Source: Chloroflexota bacterium (lineage in GTDB: Bacteria > Chloroflexota > Dehalococcoidia > Lucifugimonadales > UBA2985). From it: a stretch of DNA of 64,000 nt. The position numbers and the translations under genes were made by a program. The stretch lies in the NCBI GenBank assembly GCA_027622595.1, contig JAQBZZ010000001.1, positions 8,181 to 72,180 of the forward strand, given 5' to 3'. Positions 7,784-17,603 of this stretch are shown piece by piece (within the stretch, counting starts at the first letter, position 1; every line of letters starts with the position of its first letter). Under the pieces are notes generated by a model. It was given only the letters and a program-made list of their open reading frames with translations, was not told where the DNA came from and made no database searches.

Positions 7784-9139
7784 CTAGCCACCAAACTCCC
7801 ACTCCAGCAGGCGATGTGCCTCTTTCATCGCCTCCTCAACCCGCCGCGGGCTGGTGCCTCCCGGCACGTCGCGGCTGGCGATGGAGGACTCCACGCTGAT
7901 GGCATATATATCCTCATCAAAGCGAGGCGAGAGTTTTTTGTAATCTTCCAGACTCAACTCCGCCAGACCCTTACCCTGGGAAGCGGCATGACGTACCAAC
8001 TCAGCGACGATGCCATGTGCGCTGCGGAAGGACTCGCCCTTGCTCACAAGGTAATCGGCAAGGTCGGTTGCCAAAATGTTGCTGTCCCGGGCGGCCTCAC
8101 GGGCGCGCTCGACGTTGACCGTCAGGGTGCTCATCATGCCTGCAAACACCTCCAGGGTGCTCAGAAGAGTATCCACAGTGTCGAAGAAACCCTCTTTGTC
8201 TTCCTGTAGGTCCCGGTTGTAGGTGAGGGGCAGGCCCTTGAGCAGTGTGAGGATGCCGACCAGGTGGCCGTATACCCGGCCTGTCTTGCCGCGGGCCAGC
8301 TCGGCGAAGTCCGGGTTGCGCTTCTGGGGCATTATGCTGCTGCCGGTGGTGTATGAGTCGTCCAGTCGGATGAAGCCGAACTCCTGCGACGACCACAGCA
8401 CCGTCTCATCTGCCAGACGTGAGAGGTGCATCATGCAGACGGCCGCCGCGGCGTGATACTCCACCAGGAAGTCCCTGTCGGCGACGGCGTCCATGCTGTT
8501 CTTGCTTATCCCGCCGAACCCCAGTTCTCGGGCGACGAACTCGCGGTCTATGGGGTAGGGAACACCCGCCAGAGCGCCGCTGCCAAGGGGAAGGACATTG
8601 ACTCGATGCAGGCAGTCCTGGAACCGCTCCCGGTCTCGCTGAAGCATGTGGAAGTAGGCCAGCAGATGATGGGAGAGAAGGACGGGTTGGGCCCTTTGCA
8701 GATGGGTGTAGCCAGGGATGACCACTCCTGGATTAACCTCGGCGGTGGCGAGGAGGGCTGACTGGAGTGCCTTGATGTTTTTCTGGGTGTCCCCTATGGC
8801 CTCCTTGCAGTAGAGCCGCATATCGGTGGCTACCTGGTCGTTGCGGGAACGGCCCGTGTGGAGCTTCCCGGCCACATCTCCTATCTTCTCGAAGAGACGG
8901 GCCTCGATGTTCATATGGAGGTCTTCCAACTCGTCTTTCCAGGGAAAGGAGCCATCTTCTATCTCCTGTCGGATGCTGCTCAGGCCCATGCCAATGCTCT
9001 CGGCTTCCCTGTCCGTAATGATGCCCTGTTTCGCCAGCATACGGACATGTGCTATCGACCCGGCCACGTCCTGTCTGTACAGGCGTCGGTCATAGTGTAT
9101 GGAGGCGGTGTATTTTGTAATCTTCTTTTCCTGGGACAT
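7784..9139 (-). CDS. argH: Argininosuccinate lyase
   Basis: 451 aa. TGRSRNDQV, GYTHLQRAQP and GSSIMPQKRNPD are fumarate-lyase/ASL signatures. Confidence 0.95.
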   Translation of the reverse strand: MSQEKKITKYTASIHYDRRLYRQDVAGSIAHVRMLAKQGIITDREAESIGMGLSSIRQEIEDGSFPWKDELEDLHMNIEARLFEKIGDVAGKLHTGRSRNDQVATDMRLYCKEAIGDTQKNIKALQSALLATAEVNPGVVIPGYTHLQRAQPVLLSHHLLAYFHMLQRDRERFQDCLHRVNVLPLGSGALAGVPYPIDREFVARELGFGGISKNSMDAVADRDFLVEYHAAAAVCMMHLSRLADETVLWSSQEFGFIRLDDSYTTGSSIMPQKRNPDFAELARGKTGRVYGHLVGILTLLKGLPLTYNRDLQEDKEGFFDTVDTLLSTLEVFAGMMSTLTVNVERAREAARDSNILATDLADYLVSKGESFRSAHGIVAELVRHAASQGKGLAELSLEDYKKLSPRFDEDIYAISVESSIASRDVPGGTSPRRVEEAMKEAHRLLEWEFGG

Positions 9140-9188
9140 CAGCTTGTCATATTAGTCTTGGTATGTCCGGGTATCGTTCCTAGCCACC

Positions 9189-10400
9189 CTAATTCAACTC
9201 CGGAAGCTCAAGGGGTTGTACCCTGGCCTGGGTGCGGCCTGCCAGTCCGTATATGTGGATGAACCCCTCCGACGCGCGATGGTCGAAGCTGTCTCCTTTA
9301 TCGTAGGTAGCTAGGTCGTGCTGGTAAAGGGAGAATGGTGATGTCCTGCCGACCACGGTGCAGCTCCCCTTGAAAAGCTTCACACGGATAGTGCCTGTGA
9401 CGTAATGCTGGGTGCTCTTCACGTAGGCATCCAGGTCCTGGTGGAAGCCCGTGTACCACAGCCCGTTGTACACATGCTCGGCGTACTCCTGGGATACCTT
9501 TTCTTTGAGTCGAAGCTGGTCTCTGCTCAGGGTGATGCTCTCCAGCGCCCTGTGGGCCGCGTGGAGCACAGTAGCGGCGGGGGCCTCGTACACCTCCCGC
9601 GACTTTATCCCCACCAGACGGTCTTCCAGGTGGTCCACCCGTCCCACGCCGTGCTCTCCTGCAACGTCGTTGATGTGCTGGATCAGGTCGACGCCGTTCA
9701 TGTCATCGCCGTTCAGTGCCACGGGCAGCCCCCGATTAAAAGACACCTCCATGTACAGGGGAGTCTGGGGCGTATTCTCAAGAGACCTGGTCAGGGAGTA
9801 GGCCTCCTCCGGCGGTTCCTGCCAGGGGTCTTCCAGTGTCCCCGCCTCAATGCTGCGTCCCCACAGGTTCTCGTCTATGGAGAAAGGGCTGCGTTGCCCA
9901 AGGTCAAGTGGCACGTTTCGGCTCTTGCCGTATTGGATCTCCTCGTCCCTGGTCATGTTCCACTCCCTCGCTGGGGCGATGATGCGAAGCGATGGGTCCA
10001 TGCCTGCAATGCTGAGGTCGAAGCGGACCTGGTCGTTACCCTTGCCGGTGCAGCCGTGAGCCACCGCCTCCGCACCTTCCCTGTGTGCGACCTCCAGCAG
10101 ATAGCGGGCTATCAGTGGACGTCCAAGGGCTGTGCCGAGAGAGTACTGCCCCTGATATATGGCCCCAGCCTGCAAGGCTGGAAAGACGAAGTGTCGTACA
10201 AAGTCTTCCCTACCCTCAACAACAAAGGCCTTGATTGCACCTGCCGCAAGGGCACGCTCCTCTACGTCGCTTCTGCCCTGTCCGCCTCCCAAATTCGCCG
10301 TAAGGGTTATAACCTCGGCGTCGTACCTCTCCTTCAGCCAGGGAATTGCCACCGAGGTATCAAGACCACCGCTATATGCCAGGACTACTTTCATCGCCAC
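9189..10400 (-). CDS. argG: Argininosuccinate synthase
   Basis: 403 aa with AYSGGLDTS, GCTGKGNDQVRF and the full-length ASS pattern. Confidence 0.95.
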   Translation of the reverse strand: MAMKVVLAYSGGLDTSVAIPWLKERYDAEVITLTANLGGGQGRSDVEERALAAGAIKAFVVEGREDFVRHFVFPALQAGAIYQGQYSLGTALGRPLIARYLLEVAHREGAEAVAHGCTGKGNDQVRFDLSIAGMDPSLRIIAPAREWNMTRDEEIQYGKSRNVPLDLGQRSPFSIDENLWGRSIEAGTLEDPWQEPPEEAYSLTRSLENTPQTPLYMEVSFNRGLPVALNGDDMNGVDLIQHINDVAGEHGVGRVDHLEDRLVGIKSREVYEAPAATVLHAAHRALESITLSRDQLRLKEKVSQEYAEHVYNGLWYTGFHQDLDAYVKSTQHYVTGTIRVKLFKGSCTVVGRTSPFSLYQHDLATYDKGDSFDHRASEGFIHIYGLAGRTQARVQPLELPELN

Positions 10401-10420
10401 TCCCCTTCCAGGTGGTTTGG

Positions 10421-11611
10421 TTAGCCAGAAATTAGCTTGATCAACGCCGCTTCCAGTCGCTCCAGTGCCGTATCCACTTCCTGTGTGCTCACGTTCAAGG
10501 GAGGCATGAAGCGGATGGCATTTGGCCGCACGGGGTTGAGGAGCAGTCCCTCTTCATTGCAGAGGGACACCACCTGTCCCGAGATGTCGCTGCTGAACTG
10601 TAGTGCAATGAGAAGTCCCATGCCGCGGACATCGGTGATGATCTCGTAGAGGGACGCAAGAGCGTTTAAGCCATTTCTGAGATGCTGGCCTACGGTTTCG
10701 GCATAGGTTGGAATGTCATTTTCTATCACGTAGTTCACCACCGCGAAGGATGCTGCGCACGTCAGGGCGTTGCCCCCGTATGTGGAGCCGTGGTCTCCGG
10801 GAGCCAGCAGGCAGAACTTCTCCTTGGCCATAAACGCGCCTATGGGGACGCCCCCGCCGAGGCCCTTGGCCAGGGTAATGGCGTCCGGTTCCACCCCAAA
10901 ACGCTGGTAGCCGAACAGGCTGCCAAGCCGACCTATGCCGGTCTGTACCTCATCAAGCACCATCACCAGGCCCTGCTCGTCGCACCACTCCCGCACCTGC
11001 TTCAAGTAGCCTTGAGCGGGAACGTTGACACCACCTTCACCCTGCACTGGCTCCAGCATGACGGCGCAGGTGTTGCTGTTGGTGGCCGCTTTGATGGCCT
11101 CTATGTCATCGTACGGCACATTCACGAAGCCGGGGGCGAGGGGCTTCCACTGCTCCTGATAGTGCGGCTGGCCCGTGGCCGCCGCCATGGTGAGGGTGCG
11201 TCCATGAAAGGAGTTCAACGCCGTGATGATTTCGTAGGCCCCGTTCCGGTGTGTCTTGCCGTACTTGCGGGCCAGCTTGACAACCCCCTCGTTGGCCTCC
11301 GCCCCGCTGTTGCTGAAGAACACCCTATCGAGGCAGCTGTTCTCAACGAGAATCTGGGCAAGCTTGACCTGAGGTATTGTGTAGAACTGGTTGGAGGTCT
11401 GCATCAACGTGCGGGCCTGCTCCTCCACCGCGCGCACAAGGACGGGATGGCAATGTCCAAGGGTGTTGACTGCCCACCCGGCGGTGAAGTCCAAATACTC
11501 CTTGTCATTCTCGTCCCAGACTAGCGTGCCCTCTCCACGCACTATTACGATGGGCTGACGCCGGGCCACCTGCATGTAGTATTTATTTTCCAGATCTGTC
11601 CAGTTGCTCAT
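10421..11611 (-). CDS. argD: Acetylornithine aminotransferase (class III PLP)
   Basis: 396 aa with FSNSGAEANE, DEVQTGIGRLG and TLAKGLGGG (PLP lysine). Its ATG overlaps the UPF0182 stop (ATGA at 11608-11611). Confidence 0.9.
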   Translation of the reverse strand: MSNWTDLENKYYMQVARRQPIVIVRGEGTLVWDENDKEYLDFTAGWAVNTLGHCHPVLVRAVEEQARTLMQTSNQFYTIPQVKLAQILVENSCLDRVFFSNSGAEANEGVVKLARKYGKTHRNGAYEIITALNSFHGRTLTMAAATGQPHYQEQWKPLAPGFVNVPYDDIEAIKAATNSNTCAVMLEPVQGEGGVNVPAQGYLKQVREWCDEQGLVMVLDEVQTGIGRLGSLFGYQRFGVEPDAITLAKGLGGGVPIGAFMAKEKFCLLAPGDHGSTYGGNALTCAASFAVVNYVIENDIPTYAETVGQHLRNGLNALASLYEIITDVRGMGLLIALQFSSDISGQVVSLCNEEGLLLNPVRPNAIRFMPPLNVSTQEVDTALERLEAALIKLISG

Positions 11612-14436
11612 TTTCCTCCTTCGTCAGTGGCTTCAATGGATTTCAGCATATTTTCCAGGGCCTGCTCTAGCTGGTCCACTGTCTGCTGAAGGCCCCCGAT
11701 GGCCTGTTTTACATCTTCGATCTGCTGCTGTGTTACGAGCCCAGTGGGAGGCGTAGTGGCATCCTCACCACCTGAGTCTGCCCGTTTCCCCAACAGAGCG
11801 TTCAGGGCACTCTTGAGATCGTCCCTCATGACAACCCTCTTGGCGTCGGCCACGATGACCTGTTTGAGTTCTGGGAAGGCTATGCTCTCTGACTGAATGT
11901 AAAGGGGCTCCACGTATATCAGGAACCTCTGGCCTTCATGCTCAATTGGCGTAACAAGCAGGTTGCCCCTGATACACCTTGCCCCCCTCTGGCACAGGAG
12001 TGTGAACTCCTTCTTTATGTCGAAGTCCTGGTCGATACGGGCCTCCACCTGCTCAGGGCCGTCCACCTGTGTGCCCCTTGGAAAGAAGAACGCCTTTAGG
12101 CTGCCATACTGGGCGCGGTCGTTGTCCATGCGGGCGGCCAGCCAAGCCACCTGGTTGGGCTTGTTCAGGGGAGTGAAGGGAAGCATGAGGACGAACTCCT
12201 CTTTCTCCTCTCCTGGGAGCTTCATAATGACGTGGTATGGCTGTATGGGCTGCACCGTCTCGAAGAATAGCTCCTGGGGTATGCTCCAGGGGTCTTCTTT
12301 GCGATAGAAGTCGGTGGTGTCTCGCATGTGGTAGAGGAGGTACTTTTCAGCCTGGATTGAGAAGAAGTCCCGTGGGTAGCGAATGTGGGACAGGAGGGCC
12401 TCCGGCATCTCTTCCTGTGGCTTAAAGAGGTGGGGGAACATCTTGGCATAGGTCTGGATTAGAGCGTCTTCTTCGTCAAAGATGTAGAAGTCCACCTCTC
12501 CGGTGTACGCGTCAACTACTGCCTTTACGCTGTTGCGAATGTAGTTGAAATCGTTGTCGTAGGGGTCGGAGTACGGATAGTGGTCTGTGACGGTATACGC
12601 ATCTAGAATCCACCATAGCTTGCCTTCAGCCACCACCATGTACGGGTCCGAGTCAAGTCGTAGAAACGGCGTGATCTGTTTCACCCTGTCCTGGACAAGA
12701 CGCCGATACTGGATTCTGCTCTCAGGGGCTATAGCGCCGCTTATGAGCACGTTTATGTCTGAGAACTCCAAGGCGTAGGCAAGGCGACGTATTATGGAGC
12801 TAAGCTGCACCCCTCCGTTGCCGTCATACACGTAATCCGTGCTCGCAGCTGCGTTTGCATCAATGGCAGGGAAATCAAACTCGGTCTCTCTGGAGTTGAC
12901 TATGACGTAGTTTGCACTGTTCTCTCCGTAGTAGATTTGAGGCACGGTCACCTCTGGGACCTTTCCAACCAGCGACTCTTTCCCTGCCTTTGGCGGAATG
13001 TCTTTGATGAAGAATTCGGGTCTACCTTCGGCGGTGAACTCCGTTGTCGGACTCATGGCCACCCCGAAGCCGTGAGTGTACTGGAGACGGCTATTGACCC
13101 AGGACTGGGACTCTTCTGGCAGGTCCTCCGGGAACAGCTCACGGGCTCCCAGCACAACCTGCCGTATGGTGCCATCGATTTCGTAACGGTCTATGTCCAC
13201 GCCTATAAACCGGTAGTAAGCCCTGAAGAACTGAATCTGGTTGTATATGCTCCTGAGAGGACGGCGGTCCCACAGGCGAACGTTATCAATAGTCCCTGGA
13301 TTGGCGGCCACCGTTTCGGCGGTCAGGGGTGCAAGCTCACCGGCCTGGTCTCCCGTCGCTATCGTAGCCAGATCGTAGTCCTCCTCAACAATGCGGTCAA
13401 GGGCAAAACCCTGCCGTGTGAACTCAAGGTTGCGGGGAATATAGACCCGCTCCTTGTCCAGCTCGTTGGGAGCTACCTGGAAGCGCTGCACAAGCGAGGG
13501 GTAGACGGCCCCCACTATGATGGCCGCCGCTATCCACAATCCAAGGCCGCCCACCACTATTCTTGGAGAGCGGAAATAGGCGTTGGCCAAAAGAAGGAGC
13601 CCTATTGCGCCACATATTGCAATGAGAATATACAGGGCGGGTAGGCGGGCGTTCAGGTCGGTGTAGGCGGCTCCGAAGATAGCACCGCTGAAGGAAAACA
13701 GCAGCTCGTATCTGTCGATCCAGTAGCTCCAGGTGATTAGCAGGAGCAGCAGTCCCAATAGGACTGAGGCATGGCTTATCAGAGGTGCAGTGATGGCCTG
13801 AGCAAGGTTTATGCCTCTCATGCTGATGTTGATTAGGTATATGAAACTCGTGACGAACATGGCTGTAATGATGGTGCCAAGCAACCAGCCCTGCACCAGG
13901 TTCAACATAGGCAGCGTGAACACGTAGAAAGACACGTCCTTGTGAAAGACCGGGTCCTCTGTGTTGAACGGGACATCGCTGATGAACCGAAGTAACGTCT
14001 CCCACTGGCCGCTTATTACGGAACCGAAGATGATGGCCAGCGTGAATATACTTAACCACATACCCCATACAAAGAGGCGGTTCAGCATGTCGTAGATATG
14101 GGGTGCCAGGAGCATTCCCGACTCACCCCTGGAGTTTCGATAGGCGAACACCGCGTTGGGTGTGACGATGGCCGCAAAGGTCAAGGCTCCGGCGAAGAAG
14201 AGCGCCACCCTGGTCGCCAGAATCTTCACGTATACGCCAAGGTAGTCCAGGGCGTCGAACCAGAGCCAGTTGGTATATACCTGTCTCAGTACATTGAGAA
14301 GTATGAGGAGGAGTATCAAGCCAAAAACGATCACACCCCACTTCAGCAGTGGGCCGGGATCAAAAGGTGTGACCGGCCTTTCGCCCTCTCCGTTTGGGAA
14401 TGGCGACCAGTCCGGGTCGCCGCGGAAGCTAAACAT
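11608..14436 (-). CDS. UPF0182 family large membrane protein (unknown function)
   Basis: 942 aa with about 7 N-terminal TM helices and then a large soluble region. YHVIMKLPGEEKEEFVLMLPFTP, GNLLVTPIE and LIYVEPLYIQS are typical of UPF0182. It overlaps argB (8 nt) and argD (4 nt). Confidence 0.85.
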   Translation of the reverse strand: MFSFRGDPDWSPFPNGEGERPVTPFDPGPLLKWGVIVFGLILLLILLNVLRQVYTNWLWFDALDYLGVYVKILATRVALFFAGALTFAAIVTPNAVFAYRNSRGESGMLLAPHIYDMLNRLFVWGMWLSIFTLAIIFGSVISGQWETLLRFISDVPFNTEDPVFHKDVSFYVFTLPMLNLVQGWLLGTIITAMFVTSFIYLINISMRGINLAQAITAPLISHASVLLGLLLLLITWSYWIDRYELLFSFSGAIFGAAYTDLNARLPALYILIAICGAIGLLLLANAYFRSPRIVVGGLGLWIAAAIIVGAVYPSLVQRFQVAPNELDKERVYIPRNLEFTRQGFALDRIVEEDYDLATIATGDQAGELAPLTAETVAANPGTIDNVRLWDRRPLRSIYNQIQFFRAYYRFIGVDIDRYEIDGTIRQVVLGARELFPEDLPEESQSWVNSRLQYTHGFGVAMSPTTEFTAEGRPEFFIKDIPPKAGKESLVGKVPEVTVPQIYYGENSANYVIVNSRETEFDFPAIDANAAASTDYVYDGNGGVQLSSIIRRLAYALEFSDINVLISGAIAPESRIQYRRLVQDRVKQITPFLRLDSDPYMVVAEGKLWWILDAYTVTDHYPYSDPYDNDFNYIRNSVKAVVDAYTGEVDFYIFDEEDALIQTYAKMFPHLFKPQEEMPEALLSHIRYPRDFFSIQAEKYLLYHMRDTTDFYRKEDPWSIPQELFFETVQPIQPYHVIMKLPGEEKEEFVLMLPFTPLNKPNQVAWLAARMDNDRAQYGSLKAFFFPRGTQVDGPEQVEARIDQDFDIKKEFTLLCQRGARCIRGNLLVTPIEHEGQRFLIYVEPLYIQSESIAFPELKQVIVADAKRVVMRDDLKSALNALLGKRADSGGEDATTPPTGLVTQQQIEDVKQAIGGLQQTVDQLEQALENMLKSIEATDEGGK

Positions 14437-15253
14437 CGTCCTGGTCTATCCTGGTGCCGGAGGGATGTCCCTCTACAAAGTCCAGAAGAGCCCTGCTCCT
14501 CCTGCCATCCAATATCTGGGCTACTCTAACCCTTTCCAGCGCACGCAGGCAAGCCTCCACCTTGGGAACCATCCCCCCTGCAATGGTGCCTGAGCGCATT
14601 AAATCGGCAACCTGGGCAGCGGTGAGCCTCCCTACAACGTTGCGATTCGAGTCCATTACCCCTTCCACATCGGTGAGGAAGACCATTGACTCTGCTCCCA
14701 GTTCACGGGCTATCTCCCCCGCGGCCGTATCCCCGTTGACGTTCAACAGAGCACCGCTGTGTTCCGAGGAGTCGATGGCGTGGATGGCCACAGGCGCTAT
14801 TACCGGGATGTACCCTCCGGCCAGGGTCTGATGGATGGGAGCGGGGTCTACACGTATAATCCGACCCACGAAGCCAAGCTCAGGGTCCAGGATTTCTGCC
14901 TGAAGCATTCCACCGTCAACGCCGCTCATGCCAAGGGCTTTCCCGCCGAGTCTTTGAATGGAGGCCACCAGGTTCTTGTTCACCAGGCCGCCCAGTATAG
15001 CCGCCACAATCTCCATGCTGGGAGCATCTGTTACCCTGAGGCCATTTACGAAGTTGGCTATTATCCCCTGTTTCTCCATCCACTGAGAGATCACCTGTCC
15101 GCCGCCATGAATCACAACGGGAATGGTACCCTGCCGCTGTAGATCGACCAGGTCATGAAGGGTCGTGTCCTGACTGCTCAGAACGCTTCCCCCTATCTTG
15201 ACCACCAGGGTAGGGTGGAGAGGCGAATCAGGAGACAAGCTTGTTCCTTCCAT
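14429..15253 (-). CDS. argB: Acetylglutamate kinase
   Basis: 274 aa. VVKIGGS, VIHGGG and NVNGDTAAGEIA are amino-acid kinase/NAGK motifs. Confidence 0.93.
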   Translation of the reverse strand: MEGTSLSPDSPLHPTLVVKIGGSVLSSQDTTLHDLVDLQRQGTIPVVIHGGGQVISQWMEKQGIIANFVNGLRVTDAPSMEIVAAILGGLVNKNLVASIQRLGGKALGMSGVDGGMLQAEILDPELGFVGRIIRVDPAPIHQTLAGGYIPVIAPVAIHAIDSSEHSGALLNVNGDTAAGEIARELGAESMVFLTDVEGVMDSNRNVVGRLTAAQVADLMRSGTIAGGMVPKVEACLRALERVRVAQILDGRRSRALLDFVEGHPSGTRIDQDDV

Positions 15254-15302
15254 TTAGGGCTATTTAGGGGTTTCCCAGCTATCGCTACGCAGCCGTCACC
15301 GA

Positions 15303-16520
15303 TTATGTGGTGTAGGCGCTGTTGAAGGTGACGTACTCTTCGCTGAGATCGCAGCCCCAGGCGGTGGCAGAGGCGTTGCCCAGGTTCAGATCAAGGCGCA
15401 GGCTGATCTCCGGGCCGCTCATGGTAAGGACTACCGCGTCTTTGAAGTACGGTATGGGACGACCGTCTTCCATAATACACACGTCACTGATGTAGAGAGC
15501 TACGCGACTCTCATCCAGTTCAGCGCCACTGTATCCAAGTGCAACCATAATTCGACCCCAGTTGGGGTCTGCTCCGTGAATCGCAGCCTTGACCAGGGTC
15601 GAGGAGACCACGGCCCGCGCGGCGATTCTGGCATCGCTCTCACTAAGAGCGCCGTCCACAGTGACCTGTACCAGTTTGGACGCCCCTTCGCCGTCTCTGG
15701 CTATCTCCCTTGCCAGGGCGATGCATACCTCGTCAAGCGCCTGTCGAAATGCTTCCGCAGACGGACTGCCCGATGTGATGGCATCGCCTCCGGCGGCCCC
15801 GTTTGCCAGGATGATAACGCTGTCACTGGTGCTGGTATCACCGTCAACGGAGATCATATTGAAGGATGAGTCAACCGACTTGGAGAGGGCCTCTTGAAGG
15901 AACTGTTGCTCCACTGGGGCATCGGTGGCCAGGAAAGCCAGCATGGTTGCCATGTTGGGATGGACCATACCTGACCCCTTGGCAATCCCTCCCAGCACAT
16001 AGCTCTTCCCTCCGGCATGGAAGGAAACAGCAAACTCTTTATCTGTGGTGTCTGTGGTCCGAATGGCCCGTCCCAGATCATGGCCGCCATCCGCGGTCAA
16101 CTGTACCTTAGCCACTCCTGCGCGGATCAGAGCCATCGGCAGCTCCACTCCTATCAGCCCGGTGCTGCAGGCGAGGACCAGCTCAGGGTCAAGGTCAAGG
16201 TGCTTTGCTGCCAGGTCGGCCATCTCCAGGGCGTCAGTCATTCCCTGCTCACCCACGCAAGCATTGGCTATCCCGCTGTTGATGACGACTGCCTGCGCGC
16301 GTCCCGAAGTCACCCTCCGTTGGTTCATGACAACGGAGGGTGACTTTATCTTATTGGTGGTGAAGGTTCCCGCCACCGTGCAGGGCACCTCGGAAGAAAC
16401 TATGCCAAGGTCGAGCTTGTCCTCAGTGTAAGTCCTGATGCCTGAATAGGTGGCTCCCGCCAGGAATCCCTTCGGAGAAGTTATAGTGCCCTTTTCCAAC
16501 CACTTCAACTCTACGCTCAT
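15303..16520 (-). CDS. argJ: Bifunctional glutamate N-acetyltransferase / amino-acid acetyltransferase
   Basis: 405 aa with the autoprocessing site region HPNMATMLAFLATDA and the full-length ArgJ pattern. Confidence 0.93.
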   Translation of the reverse strand: MSVELKWLEKGTITSPKGFLAGATYSGIRTYTEDKLDLGIVSSEVPCTVAGTFTTNKIKSPSVVMNQRRVTSGRAQAVVINSGIANACVGEQGMTDALEMADLAAKHLDLDPELVLACSTGLIGVELPMALIRAGVAKVQLTADGGHDLGRAIRTTDTTDKEFAVSFHAGGKSYVLGGIAKGSGMVHPNMATMLAFLATDAPVEQQFLQEALSKSVDSSFNMISVDGDTSTSDSVIILANGAAGGDAITSGSPSAEAFRQALDEVCIALAREIARDGEGASKLVQVTVDGALSESDARIAARAVVSSTLVKAAIHGADPNWGRIMVALGYSGAELDESRVALYISDVCIMEDGRPIPYFKDAVVLTMSGPEISLRLDLNLGNASATAWGCDLSEEYVTFNSAYTT

Positions 16521-16686
16521 ATTAAAAACCCCTCAGACTAACCCCAGACAGGCTGCATTCACATGGTCTGTAACGGCTGCAAGTATAACATTTACCGAGT
16601 CACAGCAAAAGGGGTGGACAGGGCACAGACAGCCTCAATTAAGAGTATAATGTTGCTTCATTTCTTGGAAATGATGTGAAGTAAAT

Positions 16687-17178
16687 ATGACCCTTTCTAG
16701 ACTGCGTCCTTTGGACGTGAAGTTCCTCTTCAATGACAGAGCATACAAGCTGGGTGAGACCATAAACGTTATGTTGGAGCTGGGTGCCAGGGGTGAAGTC
16801 GAGGTGAGGGAGGCTCGTTTGGACCTTGTGTGCGATGAGCATTACGTCGAGAGCTACACCGTGAACGTGCCGGTAGGGCCGAGGGCAGACGCCGGGGCAC
16901 CGCCCGGATTGGGCGGCTTGTATAGCTCTGCAACGGTTCCCAAGGAGGTGCATAAGGACATCAAGGAGAGCTACGTCCACAGCGGTGAGGTGTTCCTCAC
17001 CAACTCATGGCTTCGTTCCAGTGCCGTAAACCAGTATAGCGTCAGGCTGAGCATCGGGACGGAGCGTCCTCCCCATGCGAGTATTGCCACCGTGAAGTGG
17101 AGGCTGGAACTGGTGGTGGATGTAGCTCGGGCACGGGACGTCAGGGCGCGGCATAAGGTGAACGTACTTCTCTCCTGA
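16687..17178 (+). CDS. Hypothetical protein, possibly an arrestin/Spo0M-like beta-sandwich
   Basis: 163-aa ORF with alternating beta-strand-like segments (ETINVMLELGARGEVEVREARLDLVCDEHY...VKWRLELVVDV). TATAAT at 16646-16651 lies about 35 nt upstream. The fold guess is weak. Confidence 0.45.
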   Translation: MTLSRLRPLDVKFLFNDRAYKLGETINVMLELGARGEVEVREARLDLVCDEHYVESYTVNVPVGPRADAGAPPGLGGLYSSATVPKEVHKDIKESYVHSGEVFLTNSWLRSSAVNQYSVRLSIGTERPPHASIATVKWRLELVVDVARARDVRARHKVNVLLS

Positions 17179-17286
17179 GGCACCAGCGAAAGGGCGTGAG
17201 TCCTTACACCTTCTGTGACTAGCACCTTGCGGAATCTCCCTTAAGGTACTACAATTGAGTTGGAGTCAAGGGGTAAGGAGGCGAAG

Positions 17287-17373
17287 ATGGTTCTTAGCTA
17301 CGTGTTGAACCACAGATGGCACTTCCCTTTATTGCGCCTTGCTGACTGGGCGGTTGTGGATAGAAGAATCTAG
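17287..17373 (+). CDS. Candidate 28-codon mini-ORF (MVLSYVLNHRWHFPLLRLADWAVVDRRI)
   Basis: It is too short for the ORF track. AAGGAGG at 17275-17281 lies 5 nt before the ATG at 17287. A second mini-ORF starts immediately at 17374. No homology was recognised. Confidence 0.25.
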   Translation: MVLSYVLNHRWHFPLLRLADWAVVDRRI

Positions 17374-17530
17374 ATGAGGTGGATGACAAGGTCAGTGAGG
17401 CAATCCAACGGGGTTCTTGGCCCTGCATTTTTAGGCTTTCGCTAGTTTTTTAAAGCGGAGCCATCCGGTCTAGATGACCGGTCAAGCCGGGGCCCGGAGC
17501 TCCAGCAATATTCCTCTCATGTAAACGTTA

Positions 17531-17562
17531 AGAGTGCCCGATGCATCTGCATCGGGCACTCT
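17531..17562. terminator. Intrinsic-terminator-like hairpin between convergent transcription units
   Basis: AGAGTGCCCGATGC-ATCT-GCATCGGGCACTCT is a perfect 14-bp stem. It is followed on the plus strand by TCTTTGTGG. It sits 42 nt beyond the stop of the minus-strand gene 17604..18395. Confidence 0.6.
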
Positions 17563-17603
17563 TCTTTGTGGCGCGATAACGCTGGAGGCTAACGCCAGAG
17601 GAA

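Noticed and set aside
9405-10424. A 339-aa ORF on the plus strand, with similar long ORFs at 10682..11524, 38293..39069, 42325..43128, 20092..20811 and 46233..47042.
   Set aside because: Each lies antisense to a confidently identified conserved gene (argG, argD, PGI/PMI, CoA-transferase, SbcC-like, sodN). Each has a low-complexity, Arg/Gly/Pro/His-rich composition typical of shadow ORFs in GC-rich DNA.
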